From Lingula anatina (taxonomy: Eukaryota; Animalia; Brachiopoda): DNA of 64,000 bases. The position numbers and the translations under genes are program-made. The DNA lies in contig CM120640.1 in assembly GCA_051362555.1 (NCBI GenBank), forward strand, positions 52,616,788 through 52,680,787, written 5' to 3'. The notes under the pieces were generated by a model. That model had not been told where the DNA came from and did no database searches. It saw only the letters and a list, made by a program, of their open reading frames with translations. This document shows positions 51,802 to 64,000 of the stretch, piece by piece; position 1 is the stretch's first letter, and each line of letters begins with the position of its first letter.

Positions 51802-53748
51802 GGATTATTATTATTAAATCTTTTTTAAGCAGTTCAACAAGTCTTAACATAACTTTAGATTGTGACAGAAAGTTAGGAGGTAAGGAATAGAATAGTGACA
51901 TCTTTGTGACAACTGGGTGGTGACAACAATGTGACTGCAGGTCAGGACAGGTGACGGTGCTGTACGACAGTTGACAGATGGCATCACTGTTCGTTGACAC
52001 ATGATGTGTAAAACATTTTCATCTGGCTGACAGCAGTTGTCAATGCAATGAGGAAATAAAATATGTAAACAAGTGCTTGCTGAACCAATGTAAGGCAAAA
52101 TAAAAATACCAGCAAGAAATATGTTTTAGATTTGTGTTCGTGATAAATTTGCAAAAACTGTTTGGCTATGTGAAATTTTCTTAAGCCAGTGTAAATTGTT
52201 GTAAGCATGTGTTGAAAATGGTGCATGCTGGCAGGAGCCAAAAATTTTATGTATAGATCATAAACTGCAGTTGCCAGTAACTGAAAATATCTAGGCTCTG
52301 GAGGAGAATGTAGTGAATCATTTAACCTTCATGGCAGGAGGCATTTTCTAGGCATTTTGCTATTTCTGAAATTTTACCTGCGCGTATTTGTGAATGAACA
52401 CATGTATGGTTACTATTGGATCAATTTCGTGCTTATTTCCTAAAGTTATGTGTAATTGATTTCCCAGCTGTTTGTTAGTTACTGAGTCAGTGTTAAGCAG
52501 CCAGATACCGTATTTCCAAAAACGATGATAAAAAGATGATATAAGTGAAGATGAGTTTGGTTTTTCAAAGTGTGTTGCATCTTGTGAACATTGTTTTGTT
52601 TTGTTGAACTTGAAAGAAAGGAAAATGTGAAAAAATAATTCTTTGGGTGGGGGAGTCAGTGACCGGGAGAAGTTTTCAGTTTTCTGTTATTATGACAGTT
52701 GCAAAGTTGAATACAGCTGATAAATGTGACTAAGAAATATTGATGCGAATATTTCTTTTGATATTCTACCGTCTGCTGGCACCAGTATTTACATGGGGCC
52801 TTAGAGTGCTGACATATCCCATAATTAGTTAATATCCCTCTCAAAGATCATCGGCCGCACTCCTTTTGAAGTGGAGGAGATGTGCGGATTAGAACATTTT
52901 ATCCAAATAACCAGCTTGGCTATATCTGCGGGGGTACTTTGAAGCTGTCGCCGTTTATGACAATTGTTGTTGCCTGAGTTAGCCCGATCTTGCTGTGGCT
53001 TAACCACCTCACCAAACAAGCCAACTCTCTGAAGCTGTCATCATTTGTATTATATACCTGTGCACACATGGGGAGGAATTTTGTTGTGTGAATGGGTTAG
53101 TCCCAGTGTTTAGAGGTAATTCTTGCTAAATGAATTTGGGGATTATAGCAGCATTCTTCTACTGCCATTTTAACTACCTGTCTAATCTGTTGCACAAACA
53201 ACCCGAATGCCATTAAATGCTTTGATCTGCCTGTTCATTAAATACACAGGTATCCTGTGCCGACACAACAATCCTTGATGAAGTAATAACTGTTAACTTC
53301 TGACTAATTTTCTCCCTGTTTAATTCAAATTTTGAAAATACAGGTATTGGAGTGTTAATGTAAATATTATGGATACCAAGTTACATGACATGACAGCATG
53401 TTTAGGATTGTAGCTCTATTGTTGGGTGACTGTTATAATGTTTGGGGTGCCTTTCTGTTTGCATTGAGCTGGGGGTAGAAAAACAGCCATTTACTGTGCA
53501 TATTGGAAAATATTTGTGGTGTGTCGGTTGGCTTTAAATTCCACCCTGGTTGTGAAAAGAGATGACCCCCGCCAGGTATTATTCTCTGACCCAGGCAGCT
53601 TTTGCACCTGATTAAGGCTTCCAGAAAGAGGTTGTCAGCACCTTCACTTAACCAGCTGTCAACCAGAAACTAAATATATGCTGGGCTCATAGTTGCTTGT
53701 TAAATTTTAAAGAAGGGTTGCTTTTGTTTTAGAAATATATAAAAATAA

Positions 53749-53750
<2 letters not shown>

Positions 53751-53839
<89 letters not shown>
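53751..53839. repeat. (AT)n microsatellite, ~89 bp
   Basis: Directly visible. Confidence 0.97.
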
Positions 53840-53846
<7 letters not shown>

Positions 53847-56800
53847 GATTCTTTCTTGATCTGAATTACGTGTAAATTGTTTTGATGAAAAATTCTAGCT
53901 ATCTGGGTTACACAAAAATGATACGGTTTAAATTATTGATCTGATTGTGGCATCAACTGAATAAATGTGGATATTTTACCCAGCAACCATCACTTACTAA
54001 GGAGGAGACAGATTAAATAAAATCCAGTTAAAAACATGCAGCTGCATGGCTTGATTGATTAAAACAGACATGCAGCTTGGAAATAACTAGCTCAGGTGTG
54101 GAATAAGGTGTATTATTGCTGCTTTTAATTCTCACTGCTACAATTAGTCACCCTTCTTTGATGAAGAAAATGGATCTCTCTCTCTCTCTGTTTGTGTGTG
54201 TAGGTGTGTGCCTATACTTATTATCAAGAATCCATTTATAAGGGCTCCAACTGGTAATGTTTCATAGAAAACTGAATATTGTTAATAAAACTGAAACACT
54301 GCTTACTATTAATTTTCCAGGCATGAAAGATTACCTTAATTGTTCTTTATATTATTAAGGATACAGAAATAGTGTAATTTTGAGACATCCAATATAGCAT
54401 TCTCCCAACTACATGTAGCTTCATGCACATGCACTTGTATCATGTTTAACTACAGGAGTGTTTCTTTGCTGATGCCATCAGTTGTAATTGAAAGTATGAC
54501 ATCTCGTCTAAAGAGAACTTCCTGCTTATGTATATTAGTCAAAATTAATAGTGTCTAATTTTGCTTGCAATTGCAATTATGACCACACTTAATGGTTAAT
54601 GATTTATTTCAAAACCGCTCTATCATGTTAGTGTGAATGTGCACTTGGAATGATATTTCCAGGTAGTCTTGTTTGTTCCCAGGCACCTCTGGGTCTCTTG
54701 TGACTGACATGTGGTCATTTCCTGGAAAAAATATCTGTTTTCTGTAAGGGTCAAATGGTCATGTACGTGTGCTGGTTACATTCAACACACCATTAACCAT
54801 TGCTGTTGACCGACTTGAAGGTTACATTATTTCAGACATCCGTCAGTGATGGCTTGGCACATATAATCGTCATTTTTGTAAGAGTCTAATTATTGAAAAG
54901 AAACTGGCAAGAATTGTAGCTGAGCTTGATAAAGAAAGTTTCCATTTTCTAAAATAAATCATTTTTGCCTTTGAAAATTGATTCTTACCATATAGGTGAT
55001 GAAAATAAAGGTTAGCTTACATCTGTCTGTCAGATCAGTTTGAAACGTGATTAGGGATGTCTTTTAATTGAGCCCCAGGGAAATGGGCCAAGCAAGTGGT
55101 TAGCTGGTCAATTGAGGGTCAGGATTGGACACAAATTGTTACACACTACCGGAAAGTTTTTTTTTTATTTTTATCTATTTATTTATTTATTTTTTTTTTT
55201 TGGGGGGGGGGGGGAGGGGCCTTGTGACAACTTCCACAATTAATATAACTTATTAATTGAATGAGAGAATCATATGCGACATAAGGTTTAAAGACTAAAA
55301 GAACTTTTTTGTTCACTTTTTCTTCAGAATGTTCACATTAATGGCATTAAAGATGAAAATCATATTTGCCATGCTATATTTTATGTGAGTCAGCAAGTCA
55401 CACTGATATTTGGCAAAAATTCAGCAGACCCAGTGTCTAATGTGGTATTTTAGGTCTGAAGTATATGTGTTTTCCGCAAACAATTTGCTCTTTATTCCAA
55501 ACTGGTTGTCTCCCTGGCTCAGACAGTGCATTGTGGTGTGGGAATAGCAGTCTAACCACAGTCTCAAGTCAATCTCGATTTGTAGTCATTATATCTGTGA
55601 TTGTCTCCTCACCATTCCTGTCAACTTTTCATACTTAGTCTGTTATGATTATTCCACCTAAAAAGTGATATCAATCAATGTAAACACCTTAGTATTGTCC
55701 CTGGTGAAGAGTTTGGCCCACAGGGTGCAAATGGTTGTTTTTTATTGCTGTGAAAGAACTGTGCATTAGGGTTAAGGGAAAACAGTGCGGTGAGCCCGAA
55801 GAAATTTAGAATTAATCTTTACTTCCTCTGCTTTGTTGATGATTTTAGCCCTAGAGTTGTAATAATCACATTCCGTTTATTTTGGAAACAACTTCACAAT
55901 GGGTCAATCTGCTGTGCCCAGACACGAATGGGTGCCACTTGAACAACTGTGACACGCTATAAAGGTGGAATTTGGTTACCTGTGTGGTTTTCTGGGGTCA
56001 AGCTTATTTGTTACGTTTATGGACATTGAAAAAAAAATTGAACTGGCATAGATTGTTTGCAGTTCACCCCTGATCTGGTTTGAGTGCATGAGTCAGGGGG
56101 TGCCACTTCAGCTGTGACATAATGTTTGATTGCACAAATTGTATTGCAGGACCTCCATTTAGGACAGTATGAGTCAGATGCAAGAGTACATAAATAGGTT
56201 AAAATTGCTGCTGCTTTGTATTTTACTGATTGTCCAAGTGAATGGAATTGTATTTTATTTGAACATAATGCTCATGTTGTAAAGCATTGTTTTTATTGTT
56301 GATTGTACAGTTATACAGTAGGTCATCCCATTCTTAAACAAGATTGTGAACATGAATGGAAATTGAAAAAGAAAAAATGTGGTTGATTTACTTATGTAAC
56401 TAGTGAATTCCCCAGATATGAAGAAGAGGTGTCTGATAAAGCAGTTTTGCTTGAAGGACCAAATGCAAGAAGATTTAAGGTTGAGTTTTAAGAATGTTTT
56501 ATAAATTAAAGATGTCCACTAATCATCATCATTGTCAGTTTTCAAAGGACAGGAGTCACTTAGCGCACAAATTTGGGGCTGATTGGTGGTGGGTGGGTGG
56601 GTTGGGGGTTTATAGAGGTAGAAATTCAGATGGAATTCAGATTAACAGCAGTTCAGTTCCTGTTGTCATTGTAATTACAATGGTCAGGTATGGGCAGGGG
56701 ATAGGATCAGTCAGGATTAGATAGTGGGGTTTGTTGCCGGTCAGCAAGGGGTTGGGGGTCATCAGGTGTGTCTGGGGTCATTTGGTTGAGGTAATGAGAA

Positions 56801-57900
56801 ATATGGGGTAAAGGAGGTAAATAGTTTGGAATGATTTATTTTAAAGTAACAGAAGTCCTATTGATTTTTTCTCTATAGTTTTGTCTTCAGAATAAGTCTC
56901 TCATGGGGCACAGAGTCATCAGAACGTGGGGCCCCAGGGATATACTCCGTCTGAGTCAACATCAGTACAACTTGGGGGCTCATTTAAGGGGCACATCTCT
57001 GTACTGTGTTTTAGACCATGTGCACAGCCATCCAATGCCCATTTAGATTGTTCAATTAATGAGAATTGATTTGATGAATGCAAAATGACTAATTAAGTGA
57101 AGGGGAAGTCAAGCAGACGGAAAGTCACTGTTTTGGATTGGGTGCAACAGTAGACATCCAGGGTGTCCCTAATTCTTCATGAATTGTGTCCTTGTTGTCT
57201 TCCATCAACACAGACTGTTGCAGTGAATGAACTCCCAGCTGGGGTGAATAGGAAATCTGTTCATTTTAACAAACCAAGGGGTTGCCTGAATAGCCCTGAA
57301 TTGATTTTGAGTTCAACCCAGACATATTATATTGAATTGTATAACAGGGGACAGCCCCTCAGGCCAATTGCACTATAGTTCACAAATCACACTGTGCCAA
57401 GATGCCCTGAATTTTCATTGAGGACATTTTAATTGAATAATATAAGCCAAAAGTCTTTTATGGAAGAAATTGTGTTTTGTATGTTTAAGCCGAGGTGGTA
57501 TTATAGATTTATCTGTACCGTTCACATTGTCACCACATTTTTCTATTTTGAATTGGTAAAAAAACAACATGCCAAGTGGTCTTGTTTCTGTTGATTGCAA
57601 ATACTGTTGATTCAGTAGCAGTCAGCTACAAGTACCAATTGACACCAGTGGTAGCCTGACAGTCTGTCCAGTAAAGAATGCCACTAAATGATTGATTCTT
57701 TCTTTTGGCAGTTGACATCTACTTGCAAAGTAACATTGCTAAGTAAATGTGTCTTGGCCTGGATTAAAAGGGAGCTGAACACTTTGATTCATGCCCCCTC
57801 CTGTCTGTCTCTCACACACACACATACATGTGCATGCATGCACACATATACACGATCTCACTATAAGGAACTTTTAAGCATGCACAGCACCATGTCATTG

Positions 57901-59550
57901 TACCACCAGCGTTAGCGCTGGCGGTACACATGGTTTCGGTCTCGTCCGGATCGTTCCGCCGGCTCCGCCGGCTCCGCCGGCTCCGCCGGACGGCTACCGT
58001 TACCGCTTCTCCTCCTAGACGGTAAGGCCCCCCATACCCATCTCATGGATTTAGGTCACCTATAATCTCAACTCGTTCCACGTAAAATTTGGGCTTTGTC
58101 GGTATTGGGGTCTGGGTGTGGCACTCATTGCAATGCACCCTTGTCCAAAAATGGCAAAATTAAATGCTAATTATCTACCCTACGGAAGGAGTTACGGGAA
58201 AAATTTCTACAGACGGCTTTCCAAAAGTCATATGTGTAGATTTCAAATATACCCTCGGATTTGACCTTTGACCTTTACTTCAAGGTCAAATGGGCCAAAA
58301 TTTTCAAAAAAATGAAATTTTTTACGAAAAAAAAATTTTTTGCCCTGTTATTCAGACACCACACAGACTTAACCAATAATATTATTGGAAAGTGTTACCC
58401 TTCAGGTCATCTTTCATCTCCGTGAATTTGGGGTCAATCGGTGCATTTTCACAGGAGTAGCGGCCATAAGATACCGAAACTGAAAACTGTCTCTAATTCG
58501 GGAACCGTTAATGCTAGAGACCCATTCTTTTTTGCATTTTGTAGAGCATGTAAAGCCCAACACTGGAGGTGGTCTCGGTTTTTTTGTATTCCATACGGTT
58601 TTCGAGTTACGCTGTATCAAAAAGTACATATTGGTGGTGAAAGGAAAATGTACGGAAGCCCACTGGTGCCATATGTAGAAAAAAAAATTATCTCGAAATT
58701 TCGAGATACTATTTTGAAATTTGAACAAAAAAATTTACCACCAGCGTTAGCGCTGGCGGTACACATGGTTTCGGTCCCGTCCGGTCCATTCGCCGGCTCC
58801 GCCGCCATGTTACCGTTACCGCTTCTCCTCCTAGACGGTAAGGGCCCCCGTACCCATCTCATGGATTTAGGTCACCTATAATCTCAACTCGTTCCACGTA
58901 AAATTTGGGCTTTGTCGGTATTGGGGTCTGGGTGTGGCACTCATTGCAATGCACCCTTGTCTAAAAATGGCAAAATTAAATGCTAATTATCTACCCTACA
59001 GAAGGAGTTACGGGAAAAATTTCTATAGACGGCTTTCCAAAAGTCATATGTGTAGATTTCAAATATACCCTCGGATTTGACCTTTGACCTTTACTTCAAG
59101 GTCAAATGGGTCAAAATTTTCAAAAAAATGAAATTTTTTACGAAAAAAAAATTTTTTGCCCTGTTATTCAGACGCCACACAGACTTAACCAATAATATTA
59201 TTGGAAAGTGTTACCCTTCAGGTCATCTTTCATCTCCGTGAATTTGGGGTCAATCGGTGCATTTTCACGGGAGTAGCGGCCATAAGATACCGAAACTGAA
59301 AACTGTCTCTAATTCGGGAACCGTTAATGCTAGAGACCCATTCTTTTTTGCATTTTGTAGAGCATGTAAAGCCCAACACTGGAGGTGGTCTCAGTTTTTT
59401 TGTATTCCATACGGTTTTCGAGTTACGCTGTATCAGAAAGTACATATTGGTGGGGAAAGGAAAATGTACGGAAGCCGACTGGTGCCATATGTAGAAAAAA
59501 AAATTATCTCGAAATTTCGAGATACTATTTTGAAATTTGAACAAAAAAAA
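57901..59550 (+). repeat. Head-to-tail duplication (~835/816 bp) of the 5' part of the HINE
   Basis: Seen: TACCACCAGCGTTAGCGCTGG at 57901 and again at 58736; the two units are nearly identical with scattered substitutions. The paired ORFs at 58441/59257 and 58414/59230 in the track reflect this. Confidence 0.93.
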
Positions 59551-59708
59551 AATTATCTCGAAATTTCGAGATAGCATTTTGATATTTGAGCAAAAAAATT
59601 TATCTCGAAATTTCGAGATAGTATTTTGAAATTTGAACAAAAAAAATGCTATCTCGAAATTTCGAGATAATTTTTTTTTTCAACATATGGCACCAGTCGG
59701 CTTCCGTA
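59467..59708. mobile_element. IS3EU-like MITE nested in the HINE (left part also duplicated at 58650-58735)
   Basis: Seen: 26-bp TIRs TACGGAAGCCGACTGGTGCCATATGT / ACATATGGCACCAGTCGGCTTCCGTA; 6-bp TSD AAAATG (59461-59466, 59709-59714); four internal copies of the 20-bp palindrome TATCTCGAAATTTCGAGATA. Known: TAY..RTA termini with a 6-bp TSD characterise IS3EU. Confidence 0.82.
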
Positions 59709-59952
59709 AAAATGTGCAGTACGGTAATGGATAATAAATTTTGAACTCCGGAAAAATAAAACATAATGCTTGGCAAAGCAGACAACTTGTGGTCAAAAAT
59801 GACATTATTTTATCAAATTTAAACTTCTGCAACTTCAGAGAACCTCCCATTTCAAGAACTTTGACCAAAATGACCTTTTCTTTATTTTAATTAATTTTTT
59901 CTGTAGGAAATTTATGGCACATTATGGTAACTCCAAAATTATAACATTTAGT

Positions 59953-60665
59953 CCCTTATATCTCCAAAACTGGCAGAGATAGGTCCATAGTTACTATTGA
60001 AGTTGAATAGGAAGTCATATACTGGCAATCTTACTGTGACCTTGACATTGACCTTTGACCTACTTTTCACCTTGAACTGAACTTTGCAAAATTTGCTTCC
60101 CTTTTATCTCCAAAACTGGCAGAGATAGGTCCATAGTTACTATTGAACTTGCATAGGAAGTCATATACTGGCAATTTTACTGTGACCTTGAAATTGACCT
60201 TTGACCTTCTTTTCACCATGAACTGAACTTTGCAAATTTTGCTTCCCTTTTATCTCCAAAACTGGCAGAGATAGGTCCATAGTTACTATTGAAGTTGAAT
60301 AGGAAGTCATATACTGGCAATCTAAATGTGACCTTGAAATTGACCTTTGACCTACTTTTCACCATGAACTGAACTTTGCAAATTTTGCTTCCCTTTTATC
60401 TCCAAAACTGGCAGAGATAGGTCCATAGTTACTATTGAAGTTGAATAGGAAGTCATATACTGGCAATCTTACTGTGACCTTGAAATTGACCTTTGACCTA
60501 CTTTTCACCATGAACTGAACTTTGCAAATTTTGCTTCCCTTTTATCTCCAAAACTGGCAGAGATAGGTCCATAGTTACTATTGAAGTTGGATAGGAAGTC
60601 ATATACTGGCAATTTACTGTGACCTTGAAATTGACCTTTGACCTACCTTACAATGAACTTAACTT
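59953..60665 (+). repeat. 146-bp tandem (satellite-like) array, ~4.8 copies, inside the HINE
   Basis: Seen: TCTCCAAAACTGGCAGAGATAGGTCCATAGTTACTATTGAA starts at 59961, 60107, 60253, 60399 and 60545 (period exactly 146). Confidence 0.96.
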
Positions 60666-63600
60666 TGATTGCACCATTTTTAGTTATATATATTTTTTGC
60701 ATATTTTGAAAATTCTTGTTGATTGCATTTTTACAGCTTGTCAAGCACAAGACTGGTGGCTGCACCCCTTATTTTGTGTATGTGGGGGTCTATACGAATG
60801 CGCTTGCTCCAGCTGGTGGTACAATATTCGGAGGCGGTATCGCCTCTCTGATCCTCTAGTTTTGAAGAGTGAATTCTTAGTAGCACTGAAGAGTGAATCC
60901 CTATTAACATTCCACTTAAAGTATTTGTAGCACTTTTGCGTGATTGGGTGGCAATAGCTTGAACTTTAGAGGTGAGGATAGCCGGGCATAACCTGCTTAG
61001 CGCAAGGTTGTGCAAACATTGCTCACCTCTCTGAGGCTCACTGTGGGGAGAATTCGAAGCAGATCCATATCAGGTCAAGAATGGCTTGAGGAACTTGGAT
61101 CTTGCCTTCTTTTTCTGTTCATGTCCTCCAGCTATATTGGGAAATGCTCATCCTGACCCCTGGATGACAGGGTCCTCCATAAAGATATGGAGTTCATGCA
61201 CCCTGGTAGTCAGTTTTTTGAGACATTTAACACAATTGGGTGATTGACTTAAAATTAGGCAGGTGCTAGGTGCTGGTTGGTAGTTAGGGAGGACCCTTCA
61301 ACAAAATATGATGGGACTGTTTAAAGTTGGAAGGTTAGCCTTGTCAAGTTAATTAAAGAAAATTTTAATGTTATTTCCGTCTCCTATAGATGGACTATTA
61401 CTGTCAATCTCAGTTTAACTTTCTATTATTACTTTGTCAGCACTCTTGAGTTAAACTGTCGTCAGATCTTGCTGTGCCTGACTCCTCTTGTTATTTTTTT
61501 GTGGCTCCCGAGGAAAAGAAATTAAAATTTAGTGCTTCAGTCTACTAAATTTTTGTTTTGAAGGGTACACAAAAATGTTAAATCCCAAATTTACATGTAT
61601 ACTAACTAGTGTAAATGCCAGCTCTGGAGCCACTACAAACCTGTTCCCTTCCTTTGCAATTTTTAAATTAAAACATATTTATATTAAAGTAATCAAACTT
61701 TGATATGTATAACTTAACTTTATTTTGAAAAGATACCATAATGAAAATTCAATATCCCAATGTAAACTGCTTCTTACCCTTTTGCCAGTTAGTCAACCAT
61801 CTTGTGTACAGTGGCTCCACCTCTTTGCAGCCAAACAAACTGCAATGCTGTCTGCTACCCAGACACAACAACCTGCCATTAGTAATTTTGACCTATATGT
61901 GATCTTATAGATTAGGTTGTTTATAGGCCACAGACAGAATGGAATGGGCTTTTGATTACCATGCTTTTTCATGTTTGGTGAATTCTGCAACTTTTTAGCA
62001 GCTTCCAGAAGTAATGGAGAGATTCAGAAAAATAGTTTTCTTCCAGTTTAATTAAGATTTGATCACTTTGTTCATTGCAAATGTCAACCCTTTTCTTTAG
62101 AAGGTACAAAACAAAGCACAGTGCACCCTTGGGATGAATAACCAGAACTGTGCCAAATTTAATTTAAAAAAATGTTTCCAAAAAGGGTGAGTGGTTCCTT
62201 CAGGAATTGACCACTTCTTGGGAGGTGCATTGCAAGTATAGGTAGAGGACCACACATTATCTTAGACCACACAGCATGGGCCAGCAGCAATACTACCCAT
62301 TGATGTTGTGTTTTCTCTCTTGAATAATAAGATTAGCTGTGTTTTTGTTAGATAATTTGACAACAAATAATCCACCACGCTGGCAGACACAAGGAATAAT
62401 ATGAGAAATGGTTTAGGTTACAGCTATGAAACAATAGCCACTGCTGTTATGCATGCATATATGAGGCATAACCACTACATGTGCTTCATAAGTACCTGGC
62501 TAATGTTTTTTTGTTTTTTTTTTTACACAAATGCATGTGTTTTAAAAGCATCTATAGATATATGAAGCTTATAACAAAAGGTGTCCAGTTTTTTATCTGA
62601 TTTGCAGACAGGATTATTAGGCTTGCATTATATGCTAATTTCACTTATATTTTGCGTCCCAGGAGAATCATTTTGCAAAACAAATCCCACTGTGAAAGGT
62701 CACTGATTTTATGAGTTGACAGTTAGGCCTGTAGTTGTCATAAGTATTATTTCCACTTTCTGGTTTTCCTTCCTCAACAAAAACCACATTGTTGCTCAAT
62801 CGGTAGCAAGGTATTTCCCTCTTGTTTGGTTCACTTCCAGCTGTACTGCTATCTTATTTATTCCAAAGCTGCAAGGATGCACAGTCAATTTCCAGAGGCT
62901 ATGTTGTTTTTCTTTTATTGTAAAAATATGCAGTGACTAAAACCAAAAAGAGGAAATGCTAGTGAAGTGTGGAAGTGTTTTCATATTTATAATTATTTAG
63001 ATATATGCCTCCTGGGTGTTCTTTAACTTTTTGATGCCAAGTAACTGTAGTTTCTTTTTCTTGTGCCCAAATTGACATGTTTATTTTATCTGGCTATGAT
63101 AGTAGATTTTAATCTTACCCTCCAGTAAGCGTAAAATTGTTAATAAAAGGATAACTGGTGAAAAGATGAAGCTACAGAAGTTGTTCAACTTAAGTGGAAT
63201 GTACCCTTACAAGTTTGCTTTGAGTTAACATGGGTGTGGGTATATAGTTTGTTCAACCTTTGCTCTGTGGTTTAAATCTTGCCAACAGTATATGTGGCAA
63301 TGATTTTCCAATTATTAAAGAATTAACTGGAGCTTAGTTTTCCAATCACATGGATCATTAGGGTTTGGTGAATGTATCCCCTGGACACTATGGTAGAACA
63401 TGGCTGTGAATACTAGTATATGATGATGGAAATTTAGGCTTGCAATTGTTGAGACATTTCACTTTAACATTAAGTTTATGGCAGCAACTGTGAAATTATT
63501 CACATTTGGTTTTATACTTATCATGGCCTAAAACACACACACCCCCCCCCCCTCACCTCGCCCCCACCTCCTCTGGTTACAAATATTTTGATAGAAAAGC

Positions 63601-63770
63601 ATTGATATGCTTGAGTGTCTGCATAGTCAAACATAATCCAAGGATTGATGTTCCATCACACGCATATGTTGGTACCTATGATTGTTGTGCAAAGCAAGCA
63701 TATTTTTTTAGATTTTACTTGATTAAAAATATGATTTGAACATTTGATCTCTTTCTTCTTTTATTTCCAG

Positions 63771-63829
63771 AGATTTGAAAATGGAGAACATTTTATTGGA
63801 CGAGAAAAAGAAAAACATAAAAATTGTAG
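63771..63829 (+). CDS. HUNK-like kinase, coding exon 4 (catalytic loop); gene continues beyond the window
   Basis: Seen: strong pyrimidine tract ending tttccAG, 59 nt, (R)DLKMENILLDEKKKNIKIV(D), GTAG|GTAAGT donor, phase 2/1. It completes HRDLKxEN and should lead into DFG in the next exon. Confidence 0.95.
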
Positions 63830-64000
63830 GTAAGTATTCATATTCAGATATATTCAGACATAATCCTCTATATGCAACTGGTATAAGATTTACAGTGCAT
63901 TTTATACAGCATGCCCTTCCCTTGCAGTCTGGTTATAAAGCAAGAAAGAAGTTTTCAATGAGTGATGTGTTTTCAGCTTTGTAAAAAATGCAGTTTGTGT

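Larger units (their letters stand above)
57897..60860 (+). mobile_element. Helentron-associated non-autonomous element (HINE/DINE-1-like), ~3 kb, composite
   Basis: Seen: 14-bp subterminal inverted repeats ATTGTACCACCAGC (57897) / GCTGGTGGTACAAT (60812-60825); 5' fold-back CCAGCG..CGCTGG; (GGCTCCGCC)n microsatellite; TGACCTTTGACCT motifs; internal tandem array; 3' stem-loop GAGGCG-GTAT-CGCCTC (60831-60846) then CTAGTTTT; no TSD. Known: this architecture defines DINE-1/HINE elements. Confidence 0.88.

Noticed and set aside
58414-59640. 100-146 aa ORFs in the duplicated region
   Set aside because: They lie inside a non-autonomous repeat, occur on both strands, and show no Rep/helicase or transposase motifs.
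59500-59670. Regularly spaced 20-bp palindromes resembling a CRISPR array
   Set aside because: The spacers are near-identical to each other, the array lies within MITE TIRs and a TSD, the context is eukaryotic, and there are no cas genes.

Overview
Eukaryotic animal DNA, most likely a lophotrochozoan invertebrate such as a mollusc (inferred from the SoxC protein and repeat types; not verified). Two genes lie on the + strand. The first is an intronless SoxC (Sox4/11/12-type) HMG-box transcription factor at 4903-5970, with a TATA-like/Inr promoter, two uORFs and an AU-rich 3'UTR. The second is the 5' part of an AMPK-related, HUNK-like Ser/Thr kinase that the ORF track does not show. Its four coding exons (14325-14435, 25289-25417, 44510-44676, 63771-63829) splice in frame across introns of about 10.9, 19.1 and 19.1 kb, and the gene continues beyond the window. 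CpG content drops abruptly at about 14.6 kb, separating a CpG-rich SoxC/promoter domain from a CpG-depleted kinase gene body, as expected for mosaic gene-body methylation. Several non-autonomous DNA transposons can be delimited by terminal repeats and target-site duplications (TSDs): Kolobok-like, hAT-like with 8-bp and 5-bp TSDs, Harbinger-like, a foldback-like family with 8-bp TSDs, and a 3-kb Helentron-associated element. That last element carries a 146-bp satellite array, a nested IS3EU-like MITE and a duplicated 5' segment. I found no convincing wholly new system. The best leads are a possible SoxC-kinase regulatory block, uORF/start-stop control of both genes, a candidate truncating alternative last exon and a recursive splice site in the kinase, and the composite Helentron element.
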